From the NCBI GenBank assembly GCA_963815115.1, contig CAWFFN010000008.1, positions 768,001 to 832,000 on the forward strand: 64,000 nt of DNA, read 5' to 3'. The position numbers were made by a program, and so were the translations under genes. This DNA is from an uncultured delta proteobacterium. GTDB lineage: Bacteria; Desulfobacterota; Binatia; DP-6. Position 1 is the first letter of the stretch, and each line of letters begins with the position of its first letter. Below, one piece after another: positions 18,344 through 28,599 of this stretch. Below the pieces are notes generated by a model. It saw nothing but the letters and a program-made list of their open reading frames with translations, made no database searches and was not told where the DNA came from.

Positions 18344-20749
18344 CTAATGCTTCTCGGTCAGGTGGATCACGCTCAGATTGGGATCGCTCTGGATTGCGCC
18401 CTCCGTGAAAGGCATATCCACCCAGCCCGACGCGGAGAAGAGCCGCGTCATATCGGCGAAGTGCGGGTTCTCAGGGTCGGTCGATTGCGAGTACGTCACC
18501 ACGGCGCGTGCGTCGGGACCGCTGCGGGTGAAGGTGACCGCCTGGATGTAGCTCGATCCGCTGACGATCGGCGTGAAGCCTACGCCGGGGATCAACGCAG
18601 CCGGGCTGATGGCGTTGTAGACGCCCGAGGTGCCCGAGCCGCCGTGGATCGGAATGGTCTCTCCGCCGCGCGTGTCGAACTGGATTTCCCCCCACGCGAC
18701 GTTGAGCGGAATGTTGGCATCCGCAAAGCGCTTCACGGCCGCCGCGAGGTCGCTCATGATCCTGGCGCGCACGCTCACGCTCGCGAGGTTGACGCCGCGC
18801 GGCGTATTCACCGGGTCAGCGGGATCGAAGGGCACCGCAAAGAGGTTCGGGGCGTTGCTCGCCCGGTTCCAGAACTCGGTCCAGAGGTGCGGCCCGACGC
18901 TGGTGAGCTTGTTCGCACGATCCCAGGCCGCGAGGACGTCGCACGCCTCGGTCACATCCACGATCTGGCCGCCGACATTCACGAGGTGGCTCTCCTCCGC
19001 GCAGAGAGTGAGGACACCGTCGAGCATGATCTCGGCGCTGTAGTGGCGGTCGGCGAAGAGCACGTCCTGGAGCCACTGCCGGCCGAAGCCGGTCCCGGGC
19101 AGGCCGTCGGTGCCCGCCTGGCGGTCACGGATCTGGGTGATGCCCAGGCGGGTGCGGAAGCTCTGCGGGCGCCCCTCGTCGGTCCCGATGATCTGCGGGA
19201 AGCCCTCCAGCCTCGCGTCGGGATTCGCGAGCCAGTAGCTGTCGTTCGAGTTCTGGACGAAGTCACGGCGCTCCAGGCTGGGCAGGTTGCCGGGGCCGAA
19301 GATGCCGGTTTGCGGCGCGTCGGCGTCGGAGCCGAGGTCGCACTGCGAGGTCGAGCCGTCGAGCGTGTACACGCGCGCCGAGGAGAGCGCCAGGGCGACG
19401 GGCGTGTCCGCGCACGCGGCGAGCTTGGCCTTCGTGACGTGCGGCACCGTGCTGATGTCGCCGTAGAAAGCGTCCCCCTGGCGGTCGGCTGCGATCGTAT
19501 TGACCCAGGGGAGCGCGAGATTTGTCCGCAGGGCCTGAGCAAACTCGTCGAGATTCCGTGCGGTCCCCATCTCGCGGAACTGCTTGAGCCCACGCACGTT
19601 CCCGAGGTTCACATCCGTGAGGGCGTACGCTCGCTGCGTGGACCACACGGCCAGCGGCGGCAGCACCATCACGGGGCCGAATTGCGTCATGTAGAAGGTG
19701 TGGTCGACGCTCGCGACCGACCCGTCCGCCTGGAGCACGTCGACGCTCACCACCTCCGGTTTCATCGGCACCACCTGGCCATCGAAAACGTAGGACGTCG
19801 GAGCGCCCGCCGCCAGAGTGAGCTCTCGCACCACGAAGTGCCGCGCCGTCGAGACCGTGTGGCTCCAGGCGATGTCGCGGTTGAAGCCGATGCTCACGAG
19901 AGGGAAGCCATAGATCGCGGAGCCCATCACGTCGTAGCGGCCGGGAATGGTCAGGTGGACGGCGTGGAAGCGCTCGATCCCGAACCAGGGGAAGTGTGGG
20001 TTGCCGAGCAGCGCACCAGCGCCACCCGTGAGGTCGCCGCCGAGCGCGACGGCGTTGCTACCGAAGTGCTCGGTGTTGGTGTCGGGCAGCTCGACCGCGG
20101 CGAGCAGGCGCTTCGCCCGCTGGCCGTTCGTCACCCGCGCTAGGGATGCCGACATCGCGGCCCCGCCGGTCGCCTTGGCGACCGGCACCGCGGGCGGCAC
20201 GGCGCCAACGAGGGAGGAGATGAAGTTGGCGGTCCCCGCGCGTAGCGTGAGCTTCTTCAGCACCTTGAGCATGTCGAACTCATCGATCGGCCGCACCCAG
20301 GCGGCGCCGCGGCAGTCGGCGGCGAGCGCGTCCACACCCGTGTCGCGGAGATAGCGGTTGTAGCCGTCCGCGTAACCGCGCAGGAGGTCCTGCGTGTCGG
20401 TGTCGAGGCTCTCCCAGTCTGCGCGCGTCAGCGCGTCGGTGTTGACCAGCCCGTACACGAAATCCGAGGCGAGATTGCCGCCCTGCGGGCCGAAGAAGCG
20501 CGACTTGGTTCCGGTCGCGACGAGGACGTCACCGGCCAGTACACAGATGTTGTCCTGCGCGAACGCGTACCCGTAGCCGTAGCCGAGGCTCCCCCAGTCC
20601 GAGGCGCGCACGTGCGGGATGCCGAAGGACGTGCGCCGCACCTTTGCCTGGTAGTGGACCTTGGCATTTTTCGCATGAACGATCTCTCCGTTGGAGACGA
20701 GCACGAGCGCCGAGACGGTGAGCGTGACGAGCACGGAAGAGCAACGCAT
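18344..20749 (-). CDS. secreted penicillin acylase / AHL acylase family Ntn hydrolase
   Basis: Signal peptide; RRTSFGIPHV, GYGYAFAQD, G|SNA beta-chain nucleophile, LGNPHFPW, NSNDSYW, TYSQS. Confidence 0.93.
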   Translation of the reverse strand: MRCSSVLVTLTVSALVLVSNGEIVHAKNAKVHYQAKVRRTSFGIPHVRASDWGSLGYGYGYAFAQDNICVLAGDVLVATGTKSRFFGPQGGNLASDFVYGLVNTDALTRADWESLDTDTQDLLRGYADGYNRYLRDTGVDALAADCRGAAWVRPIDEFDMLKVLKKLTLRAGTANFISSLVGAVPPAVPVAKATGGAAMSASLARVTNGQRAKRLLAAVELPDTNTEHFGSNAVALGGDLTGGAGALLGNPHFPWFGIERFHAVHLTIPGRYDVMGSAIYGFPLVSIGFNRDIAWSHTVSTARHFVVRELTLAAGAPTSYVFDGQVVPMKPEVVSVDVLQADGSVASVDHTFYMTQFGPVMVLPPLAVWSTQRAYALTDVNLGNVRGLKQFREMGTARNLDEFAQALRTNLALPWVNTIAADRQGDAFYGDISTVPHVTKAKLAACADTPVALALSSARVYTLDGSTSQCDLGSDADAPQTGIFGPGNLPSLERRDFVQNSNDSYWLANPDARLEGFPQIIGTDEGRPQSFRTRLGITQIRDRQAGTDGLPGTGFGRQWLQDVLFADRHYSAEIMLDGVLTLCAEESHLVNVGGQIVDVTEACDVLAAWDRANKLTSVGPHLWTEFWNRASNAPNLFAVPFDPADPVNTPRGVNLASVSVRARIMSDLAAAVKRFADANIPLNVAWGEIQFDTRGGETIPIHGGSGTSGVYNAISPAALIPGVGFTPIVSGSSYIQAVTFTRSGPDARAVVTYSQSTDPENPHFADMTRLFSASGWVDMPFTEGAIQSDPNLSVIHLTEKH

Positions 20750-21247
20750 GGCGGGCTCCTTTCGGGGTCACTTGGCCCCCATCTCGGGGACGGATTGATC
20801 GACCGGACCGGGCGGGCCGCCCTCCGAGCTGCTCACACACCTCGCCTATCACCCGTAACGACCAAACCGTCAAGCCACCCATGCCCCGCCGCCGATCGAC
20901 GTCTGCGCCTGGCCCAGGGCGTCCCGCTCGACGCAATGATCGGGTGCTACCAGCTCGCCCGTGTGATCTGGGCAGGGGAGCCGCTGTCGGGGGAGAGATG
21001 CAGGACGACGCGCGACGATTCACGGGCACGAAGGCGGCCGTGCGGCCCCTTCGACCGCACCGAGCACCGATTGATCGTCCATGAGATTGGCGGACACGAC
21101 ATCGGCCTCCGCCGCCACCGCCGCGACAGAGGCTGCGACGGTCGCGCCAGCATCCGCGACGGGCGCATCTTCGCGGCCGTCCGGGCGACAGCCCCGTTGC
21201 ACCGGACGCAGGCCGATTTTAGGAGGTGCGAGCGCGCGCGCCTGGCG

Positions 21248-21470
21248 ATGAGCTGCGACGGACTGACAGGCTGGCTCAAGCATCTCGTGGGACGACAGCC
21301 CTTCTTCCCGCATCAGATGTCGTTCATCCTGGAGCTTCCGGCGCGGCGGCTCTTGATCACACCGTCACAGCTGGCGGACCGACTGCATCTGGCGCCGAGC
21401 TCGAAGGTGCTCGAGGTCGGCTGCGGTTCGGGCGTGTTCAGCGTCGAGGTGGCGCGACACCTGCCCGCCC
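21248..21470 (+). pseudogene. class I methyltransferase 5' fragment
   Basis: VLEVGCGSG motif I, then an abrupt switch to an unrelated fragment (TYGRDVDWARN). Confidence 0.65.
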
Positions 21471-21819
21471 TGGAGCTACACCGCAAACTTCCGGCGACCG
21501 TGATCCCGATGACCTACGGGCGCGATGTCGACTGGGCCCGTAATCTCGTCAAGGCGCGCGCCGGCGAGGTCGTCCAGCTGGGCCGGCGCTTCACCCTCGC
21601 CTTACCCTCTCCCATCTCGTGGTGCAGGTTCCGTGCCGGTGCCGCGACGCCACTCTGCGTGCCGTTCCGGATCGAGGCACGAGCAGACGATTCCCAGGGA
21701 TGAAAGTCGTCGGCAGTCCGGCGGTTCCGCCGGTGAGCAACGGCATCAGGTTCCCCGGCGGCCCCGCGTCGCCAGTTGGTGATTGCAGGGACGGCACGCC
21801 GGGAGGTATGGCCTCGCGG

Positions 21820-22158
21820 ATGGTTGATGCGACGATCCCATCCGCCGAGGCCCTCGAGATCGGTTCCCTGCTCGCGTACGCGGAGCAGGGAATCGCCAGC
21901 CGCGTGCTCGCCAAGACCGGCGGTGGAAACGTGACGCTGTTCGCGTTCGATACCGGGCAGGGGCTCAGTGAGCACACGGCGCCGTTCGACGCGCTCGTGT
22001 TCGTGCTGGACGGAGGGCTGACGCTCACCGTCGGCGGGCGCCCCGTCGCCGCCCTGCCCGGCACGGTCGTCCGCATGCCCGCCCACGTGCCGCACGCCCT
22101 CGAAGCGACGTCGCGCACGAAGGTGCTGCTCGTCATGCTGCGCGTGCAGGGCGAGTGA
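21820..22158 (+). CDS. cupin domain protein
   Basis: VTLFAFDTGQGLSEHTAPFDA, MPAHVPHAL. Confidence 0.88.
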   Translation: MVDATIPSAEALEIGSLLAYAEQGIASRVLAKTGGGNVTLFAFDTGQGLSEHTAPFDALVFVLDGGLTLTVGGRPVAALPGTVVRMPAHVPHALEATSRTKVLLVMLRVQGE

Positions 22159-22343
22159 GCACCGCCGCTCGCAACGTTGATGCGCCAGAAAGACTCACCG
22201 CAGCGGCGCGGAGACGCGGAGATAGTGTGCTTGAGATTTGTGTCCGCGGTTGAATCTTCTCGAGGCCGCTTCTTCTCATCGGGTCGCGTTGAAGCGCGTC
22301 GTGGCGCTCTAACCCGAGGGATGAAATGACACCGCGGCCACCA

Positions 22344-22556
22344 ATGATCGACGGACGGATCGTTCTGCCGGACGATCGTCGGCTCGGCTTCGCGGAGTTC
22401 GGCGCGCCGACCGGGAAGCCGGTGTCCTGGTTCCACCGCACGCCGGGCGCGCGGCGCCAGATCCCGCCTGAGGCGCGTCTGGGGGCGCAACGGCTCGGGG
22501 TCCGCTTGATCGCCCTCGATCGACCGGGAGTGGGCGATTCGACGCCGCATCGCGCC
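22344..22556 (+). pseudogene. alpha/beta hydrolase 5' fragment
   Basis: LPDDRRLGFAEFG, RLIALDRPGVGDS; truncated. Confidence 0.75.
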
Positions 22557-22579
22557 GCGCGTCGCGGGCGGCGGACTCT

Positions 22580-23067
22580 AGGGTGGCACCCCTTGCCGAA
22601 GGGCGTGGCCTTCCTGCCGCGCTACGCCACTGTGTCGGCCGCGGCCAACCATCGCTACCTCGATGCCCTGGCCGTCGTCGACGACCCCGCCCCCGCTCAT
22701 CGTGCCCTCGACCGCCTCGTGCAGCCAGTGCGGGATCGCCACGGCCGGTCGTCGAGTGCCTTCAAGCCCACGACCACCCCCGTCGTCACCCTGTTCGCCG
22801 CTGTGCTCCGTGGGGAGCACACGCTCCAGGGCTTCCGCAACCGCGAGCTGCGGCACGCGGCTGTTCGGTCCCACTGCTGCTGCCGATCGCCGGCGCAGCG
22901 GACAGGTCTCACGCCTTGTCAAACGGCTTCACCTGCGCGGCCTGGTCGCGAAGATTCCTCGCTCGTGCCGCTGGCGGATCACCCAACTCGGACATGCCCT
23001 CCTGAGCGCGGCCATCCAGCTCCGCGAGGAGGCGTTCCCCACCGCCTTCCTCAAGACCGCCGCGTGA
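22580..23067 (+). pseudogene. C-terminal remnant of a putative mobile-element protein with winged-helix tail
   Basis: AANHRYLDALA, GFRNRELR, frameshift, VSRLVKRLHLRGLVAKIP...WRIT..G. Confidence 0.55.
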
Positions 23068-23122
23068 CGCGGCAAGATGTCCGCACGTTGCAGAGAACTC
23101 GGACAGGAAGAGTCCATCTGCC

Positions 23123-23671
23123 TCAGAAGTCGCGTTCGATCCGCAACGCGACGATAGTGGTTGCGAGGCTATCGTATTGCGCCACGAGCAAGCAGAATTC
23201 GATCATCCGGCGGTCGTCGAGATGTGCCGCCAGCGCAGCCCAGGTGGTGTCGTCGAGGTCCTTGGTCTCGATGAGGGAACCGACAGCCGTCAATAACGCG
23301 CGGTGTCGCGGGCTCCATCCTTCGGCACCGGGTCCCGTCAGGATGCGCTCCAGGATCTCGGCGGTGACCCCGGCGCGGCGTCCCAGGCGAACGTGATGGT
23401 CCATCTCGTACTGGCAACCGCGCAGGTGTGCGACGCGGAGTATCACCAGCTCCGTCTCATGACGCGACAGCTTGCCGCCGGGCATGAGCTTGCCGGAGAA
23501 GTGGAGCCAACCTCGGAACAGCCCCTTGGTGCGACCGAGCGTACTGAACAGATGGACATCGCGTACTCCGGCGCCGAGGGACAAAATCCTCCACAGCCCC
23601 CAGTTAATGAGGCCGAGCTCCTTGAAGCGTCCGGGAGGGATGCGGGATGCCGACGCGTTGCCGGTACTCAC
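23123..23671 (-). CDS. carboxymuconolactone decarboxylase/AhpD family protein
   Basis: ETELVILRVAHLRGCQYEMDHH; GTG start inferred. Confidence 0.85.
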   Translation of the reverse strand: MSTGNASASRIPPGRFKELGLINWGLWRILSLGAGVRDVHLFSTLGRTKGLFRGWLHFSGKLMPGGKLSRHETELVILRVAHLRGCQYEMDHHVRLGRRAGVTAEILERILTGPGAEGWSPRHRALLTAVGSLIETKDLDDTTWAALAAHLDDRRMIEFCLLVAQYDSLATTIVALRIERDF

Positions 23672-23775
23672 CTTGTCCTTTCGGGCAGCGCGGTGGATTC
23701 CGGAAAGCACGGTGATCAACCGAGGAACTTCGGTGGATCCGAACTTCGCGATCGTGACGCCGTGAGCGCGCCGCC

Positions 23776-26205
23776 TCATCTCGGCCGGCCGAGATCGTCC
23801 TGGCTCCAGTCGCAGACGCCTTCCGGGAAGATCTGGTTCAGGCGGTCGCGCTCGGCGGGGCTCGGCACCCAGCTGCCGTAGGTGCCGGATGCGATCGCCG
23901 CGTCCACGCTCTGGAGCCCGCACTTGAAGATGCCGCCCTCGAACGGGCCGCCCGCCACGCGGCGCGAGCTGCTGTGGGTCGGGAACATCTGCGTGCACGG
24001 GCCGGGCGGCAGGTCGTCGAGCACGCCGTCCCACACGTGCGGGCCGTGGGCGATCTCGACGCCCGCCGTGGTGAAGCAGCGGTCCACCGCGAGCGCCGGC
24101 TTGTTGCCCGCCACGCCGCGCTGCGGCCGCTGCCGGATGTTCTTCATCCACTCGTCCATCACCGCGAAGGCCTCCGGCGTCTGGTCGAAGGCGACGGCGG
24201 GTCGCGCGTCGGTGAACCAGATCACCTGGTTGTCCGCATTGCCGTTCGCGATCTGGATGCGCCGGCGCGTCGCGAACGACTGGTGGCTGTGGTGCATGTC
24301 GAGCTCTTCCTCGAGGTAGTGCCGCCAGTCGATCACCGGGACGTCGATCGAGCCGTCGAAGCGCATGCCGCTCTGGTAGGCGGCATTCATCGCCTCGAGG
24401 CTGCCGTGCCGGCGCGGCGCCGGCGTGACGCCGCCGTCGGGCGAGAGGTTCATGTTGCGCTCGCTCCACGGATCGAAGGTCGCCGGGCTCGGCGCGCCGA
24501 TGAAGGGGAAGCCCTCCTGGACCATGTCGCCGGGCTCCTTCCAGCTGCCGATCTTCGCGTTCAGGTCCAGGAACTCCGCCGGCGTGATCACGCCGTCCAC
24601 CAGCGCCTGCAGTCCGTACTGCACGCCGACGTTGTCCCAGGGCGTGCGCCCGAAGCCCTGCGCGTCGGTGCCATAGATGTTCACGAGGTCGCCGGCGTGG
24701 GTCCAGTCAACGTCCGCGGCGCCCTGCGCCAGCTTGTCGAGATCCTGCACGTCGGTGAAGTTCGGGTTCAGCACCAGCGGCGTCAGCCCGAACCAGGCGC
24801 GCCGACACTCGGTGATGGCGGGCACCGGCGAACCCGGCTCGGGCACTGGCGCGTTCAGGCCGAGCAGCGCGTAGAGGCCGTAGAGCTGGAACCACTGCGT
24901 CGCCTCGGAAGCGTCCATGAAGGGCATGCGGCTCGCGTTGAGGCCCTCGACGGCGCGCCGGTTCAGCACGTCGTCCCACTTGTTGTTGGTGAGATCGGTC
25001 TTGTCGAAGTAGTGCTCGAGCAGCTCGCAGTCTCCGACGTGGATCGTCTGTGTGATCATGTCCGAGTAGGAGTACTGCGGGATCAGCGCGTCGAGCAGGC
25101 CCGGGTGGTTCTGGGCGTAGACGTACTGCTGGATCGCGCCGCCCGAGCCGCCGACGCCGACGGTGTAGAGCGGCACGCCGTGGGCCTCGACAAAGCGCTC
25201 CTTCAGCATCAGCGCCGTCTCGCCGCCGAGCTGGAGGTTGTAGTGGGTGTTGGTGCGCAGTCCGCTCGAGCTCACCACCGCGTAGCCGAGCTTCAGCACG
25301 TCGTCGCGCAGCATGGCGCCGCCGCCGATCGTCCCCTGGGTGCGCCCGATGGCGACGCCGCCCTCCATGCTGAAGACCAGACGGCCGTTCCACAGCGAGT
25401 CGTCGGGATCGGACGGATCCGTCTCGCCGGCCGGCGCCAGCATGGCGATCGCGTAGATGAAGCGATTGATGGTGCCGCGCTCGCGGCGCACGATGTAGGG
25501 CACCGTGTCGCCGTCGAGTGTCGTCGTCATCGCGATGTCGCCCGGCAGCGGCCCGGCCGGGTTCGGCAGCGCCGCGAAGGCGCCGGCCGTGTTGCGGTAG
25601 ACGTAGTCGAAGCGGCGGTTCGCCGCGCAGTTCTTGCTCCAGCCGACGATCACGGCGCCGGCGGTGGGATAGCCGCGCCCGTCGCGCGGGTAGTTGCCGC
25701 TCGCGTCCTCCTGCGCGACGGGAATGCCGAAGTGGTCCTGGTTGTCGACGATCGGCTGGCCGATGCCGGCGCGCGCCGTCGTGCACACGAAGGGCTGCTG
25801 CTGCGGACCCGAGAAGATCGGGCCGCTGGCGGGGTAGTTGGTGACGACGAGCTGGGCGTGGGGCTGCGAGTTCGGCCCCGACTTCAGCACCAGCAGGTTG
25901 TCGCCGAGCTCGAAGCCGGTGACGACGCCGATCAGGTCTCCCTTGCTCTGCTGGAGCTGATCGGTGACGTCCACGCCGTTCAGCAGCAGCAGCGCGTTCT
26001 TCTTGACCTTCTTGCCCGGGAAGCCGACGCGCACCAGCGCGTCGCCGCCGGTCACCTGGTACGGCGCGCTCGACAGGATCTCGATCTTCCAGGTGTCCTT
26101 TTCCTCACTGGCAAAGGCCCCGACCGCGACGACGAGCGAGGCGGCGCCAAGCAGAGCGAGGGCGAGGCAGCGGCGAGAGACACGAGCGCAACGGCGGTTC
26201 GCCAT
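23776..26205 (-). CDS. secreted DUF6351-family protein (tannase/feruloyl esterase-like fold)
   Basis: Signal peptide; VTGGDALV, GPIFSGPQQ.PF.C, ERGTINR, GGSGGAIQQ, DNVGVQYGL, FP.GVCDWS. Confidence 0.85.
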   Translation of the reverse strand: MANRRCARVSRRCLALALLGAASLVVAVGAFASEEKDTWKIEILSSAPYQVTGGDALVRVGFPGKKVKKNALLLLNGVDVTDQLQQSKGDLIGVVTGFELGDNLLVLKSGPNSQPHAQLVVTNYPASGPIFSGPQQQPFVCTTARAGIGQPIVDNQDHFGIPVAQEDASGNYPRDGRGYPTAGAVIVGWSKNCAANRRFDYVYRNTAGAFAALPNPAGPLPGDIAMTTTLDGDTVPYIVRRERGTINRFIYAIAMLAPAGETDPSDPDDSLWNGRLVFSMEGGVAIGRTQGTIGGGAMLRDDVLKLGYAVVSSSGLRTNTHYNLQLGGETALMLKERFVEAHGVPLYTVGVGGSGGAIQQYVYAQNHPGLLDALIPQYSYSDMITQTIHVGDCELLEHYFDKTDLTNNKWDDVLNRRAVEGLNASRMPFMDASEATQWFQLYGLYALLGLNAPVPEPGSPVPAITECRRAWFGLTPLVLNPNFTDVQDLDKLAQGAADVDWTHAGDLVNIYGTDAQGFGRTPWDNVGVQYGLQALVDGVITPAEFLDLNAKIGSWKEPGDMVQEGFPFIGAPSPATFDPWSERNMNLSPDGGVTPAPRRHGSLEAMNAAYQSGMRFDGSIDVPVIDWRHYLEEELDMHHSHQSFATRRRIQIANGNADNQVIWFTDARPAVAFDQTPEAFAVMDEWMKNIRQRPQRGVAGNKPALAVDRCFTTAGVEIAHGPHVWDGVLDDLPPGPCTQMFPTHSSSRRVAGGPFEGGIFKCGLQSVDAAIASGTYGSWVPSPAERDRLNQIFPEGVCDWSQDDLGRPR

Positions 26206-26363
26206 GAGCAGTTCCTCCAACCGGCGGCGCGGGCTATCCACAGAGAGCTCCGCGGAATTCACCCTACGCGTCGGGCGAATCGGGTGTCAACCGCGCACGC
26301 CTCGCGCAGCGAGGCGCAGCCGATCGAAGTCAGCGGAACGACCCTGCAGGCTGCAGAAAACGC

Positions 26364-27030
26364 TCAGCGCTTGAGCTCGGAGAACTGGATCGAGCAGACG
26401 CAGATGTACCCTCTCGACCCGTCACGCGGCCTGGTCGTGCCCAATGCGGGCGCCACGACGGCGCCGCACGTGCTGCACCCAAGCATGCTCGGGACTCTCA
26501 ACGGGCTCCCCGTCGACCCGGCGATCCAGTGCACCCTCTCGACGAGCCAGCGCCCAAATGCATTCCTCCGCAGCCCGATCAGGGAGCTCGCCACGGGAGA
26601 CCTGCGCCATCCGACACAACCGCGTCACCGGATACCGACCTTTCTCCGCCTCGACGAACCGGTAGCGGCTCATCGGGTTTCCATCGCGAAGAAAGCCGCC
26701 CGCTTCAGGATGTCTCGCTCCTCGTGCAGCACCTGCACCTCCCGCCGCAACCGCCGCAGCTCCTCGCGCTCTTCGATCGTCAACCCGTCGCGCTCGCCCG
26801 CGTCCACGGCCGCCTGCCCGACCCAGCGCCGCACCGCCGTCTCACTCAGGTCCAGCTCACGACAGATCGCTGGCAGCGATCGCTCGCCCCGGCGCACCAC
26901 GGCGATGACCTCGGCCTTGAACTCCGGCGTGAACGACCGCCGCTGCCGCCGGCGTGCCCCGTTCCCTTCCGCCTTCTTCCCCATTCGGACTCCCTCCACG
27001 TGGGCTCACGCCCACATCCGGGATGTCCAC
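26364..27030 (-). mobile_element. decayed IS3-family element (orfA intact, orfB largely deleted)
   Basis: orfA 26670-26999 RRSFTPEFK...EERDILKRAAFFA; orfB start MSRYRFVEAEK..YPV..LC then collapses. Confidence 0.85.
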
Positions 27031-27039
27031 GCGTTCGTA

Positions 27040-27450
27040 TCGATGAAGGCGCACGGGCTGTCCTCCGCGCCACTGCGGTACGGTCCGCAGCACACCACGG
27101 GGTCATCCGCGAGGAGCCCCAATCGACGACGGGAGGACAGCTCGATGGAACGCTACTACGTGGGTCTCGACGTGCATAGCCGCGAGAGTGTGTTCGTCAT
27201 CAAGAGGCATGACGGGGAGCTCGTCGACCGCGGCGCGCTCCCCACGACCGCGCTGGGTCTCGCGCGCCTCCGCGACGAGCACGGCTTGCCCCCAGGGACG
27301 CCCATCGCCCTCGAGACCGGCACGTCCGCCTTCTTCGTGGCGAGCTCGCCCGCCTCGACCTCACGCCGGTCGTGATCGATGCACACGAGGTCCGCCGCAA
27401 GGCCCACCGCCCGCTCCAGAAGAGTGACCGCCGCGACGCACTCGAGGAGT
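27040..27450 (+). mobile_element. IS110-family left end and DEDD N-terminal transposase remnant
   Basis: ATG 27145 YYVGLDVH, ALETGT, frameshift, KSDRRDA; upstream inverted repeat 27057-27066 / 27132-27141. Confidence 0.85.
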
Positions 27451-27595
27451 CGCTGGCGCTCATTCACGAGATTCGTCCCCGAGGAGTTCGATGCGGACGA
27501 ACCGATCATCAAGCCATGACTTCGGGGGGGCCACCCAGCTTCAGCTGCTTGGCAACGGGTCCTTCATCGCGTCGGTCGCGCTCGATGCACAGGCA

Positions 27596-27829
27596 GCGCG
27601 TCGCGACGTACACTGGCTACATCCGGTCCCTCGGCATCGGAGTACCGACTGATTCAACGGTAGCGCCGCGGACGACGGTTTCTGCTACCGCGCTGCTACC
27701 ACTCCCACCCAACCCAGGACGCACGAGGCGAAAGTGTGGTCACTCGTGATCGTCGGTTTTCCGTGGGGATAGGTCTCCCTGGTGCTGCGAAGTTTCGCCT
27801 CTATCCGAGTTCGTAATCAGTCGGTCGCC
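27596..27829 (+). mobile_element. type B att-like end with truncated tRNA-Thr core (27810-27829)
   Basis: Aligns to 41211-41458; TGCTACC direct repeats; TTCGTAATCAGTCGGTCGCC then breaks off. Confidence 0.75.
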
Positions 27830-28011
27830 CTCCGAGGCGAACCTCGTTCGTCGTCCCATGATTCCATCCAACTCGACGTCTGCAGCCTCGCGAAACTCGG
27901 GGCGGTTCAATCCTCGATGAGAAGGCGTTGGAGGAAGGGATGAAGAGAAATGGAAGCGGACCGCGTTCTGCGAACCCGCGGGCGCCTTGGGCACACCGGA
28001 GGAGAGGAGCG

Positions 28012-28060
28012 TTGACAGAACGACCCAGCCTTCCTACACTACGAAAGTAGGACTTTCCTA
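28012..28060 (+). promoter_or_regulatory. sigma70-type promoter and operator for TA copy 2
   Basis: TTGACA, 17 nt, TACACT; CCTAC/GTAGG and GTAGGA-CTT-TCCTAC inverted repeats. Confidence 0.82.
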
Positions 28061-28063
28061 CCC

Positions 28064-28360
28064 ATGGCAACCGCTGCAACCAAGGTCGGACCGAAGTTCC
28101 AGGTCACCATCCCGAAGAACGTCCGGGATGCCGTCGGGCTGAAGGTGGGCGACCTGGTCGAGGCCTCCGTGGGGCGCGAGGGCATCGTCCTCCGCCAGAA
28201 GGTTCTCATCGACAAGCCAGTGAGCCTGGCAAGGCAGCTCGAGGAATCGGAAGCGGCGGTGAAGGCGGGGCGGGTCCTCGGACCGTTCAAGTCGGCCGGT
28301 ACCGCAATGAGGGCCGTGAAAGCCCATGCGCGCCGTGCTGACCGAACCGTTCGCCGCTAA
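28064..28360 (+). CDS. AbrB/MazE/SpoVT-family antitoxin (copy 2)
   Basis: Four amino-acid differences from copy 1. Confidence 0.9.
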   Translation: MATAATKVGPKFQVTIPKNVRDAVGLKVGDLVEASVGREGIVLRQKVLIDKPVSLARQLEESEAAVKAGRVLGPFKSAGTAMRAVKAHARRADRTVRR

Positions 28361-28571
28361 CCTGATCGCGAGCCCGCCGGAGGTCCAGAAGGCTTTCGGC
28401 AAGCAGCTCACGAATCTCCTCCGCGACCTGCGCCACCCTTCCCTGCGAGCGAAGAAGTACGAGGAACGCACGGGCCTCTGGCAAGCCCGGATCAACGACG
28501 ACTGGCGGATGTACTTCACCATCGAGGGCGACGTCTACGTGCTGCGAGCGATCACGCCTCACCCGAAGTAG
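28326..28571 (+). CDS. RelE/ParE-superfamily toxin (copy 2)
   Basis: Protein identical to copy 1; only synonymous changes seen. Confidence 0.8.
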   Translation: MRAVLTEPFAANLIASPPEVQKAFGKQLTNLLRDLRHPSLRAKKYEERTGLWQARINDDWRMYFTIEGDVYVLRAITPHPK

Positions 28572-28599
28572 CTCGCTCGTGCAGGGTGCGACGGCCACA

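Noticed and set aside
23974-27375. 1133-aa plus-strand ORF
   Set aside because: Antisense shadow of DUF6351 and the IS3 remnant; only its last ~70 codons are real (IS110 N-terminus)
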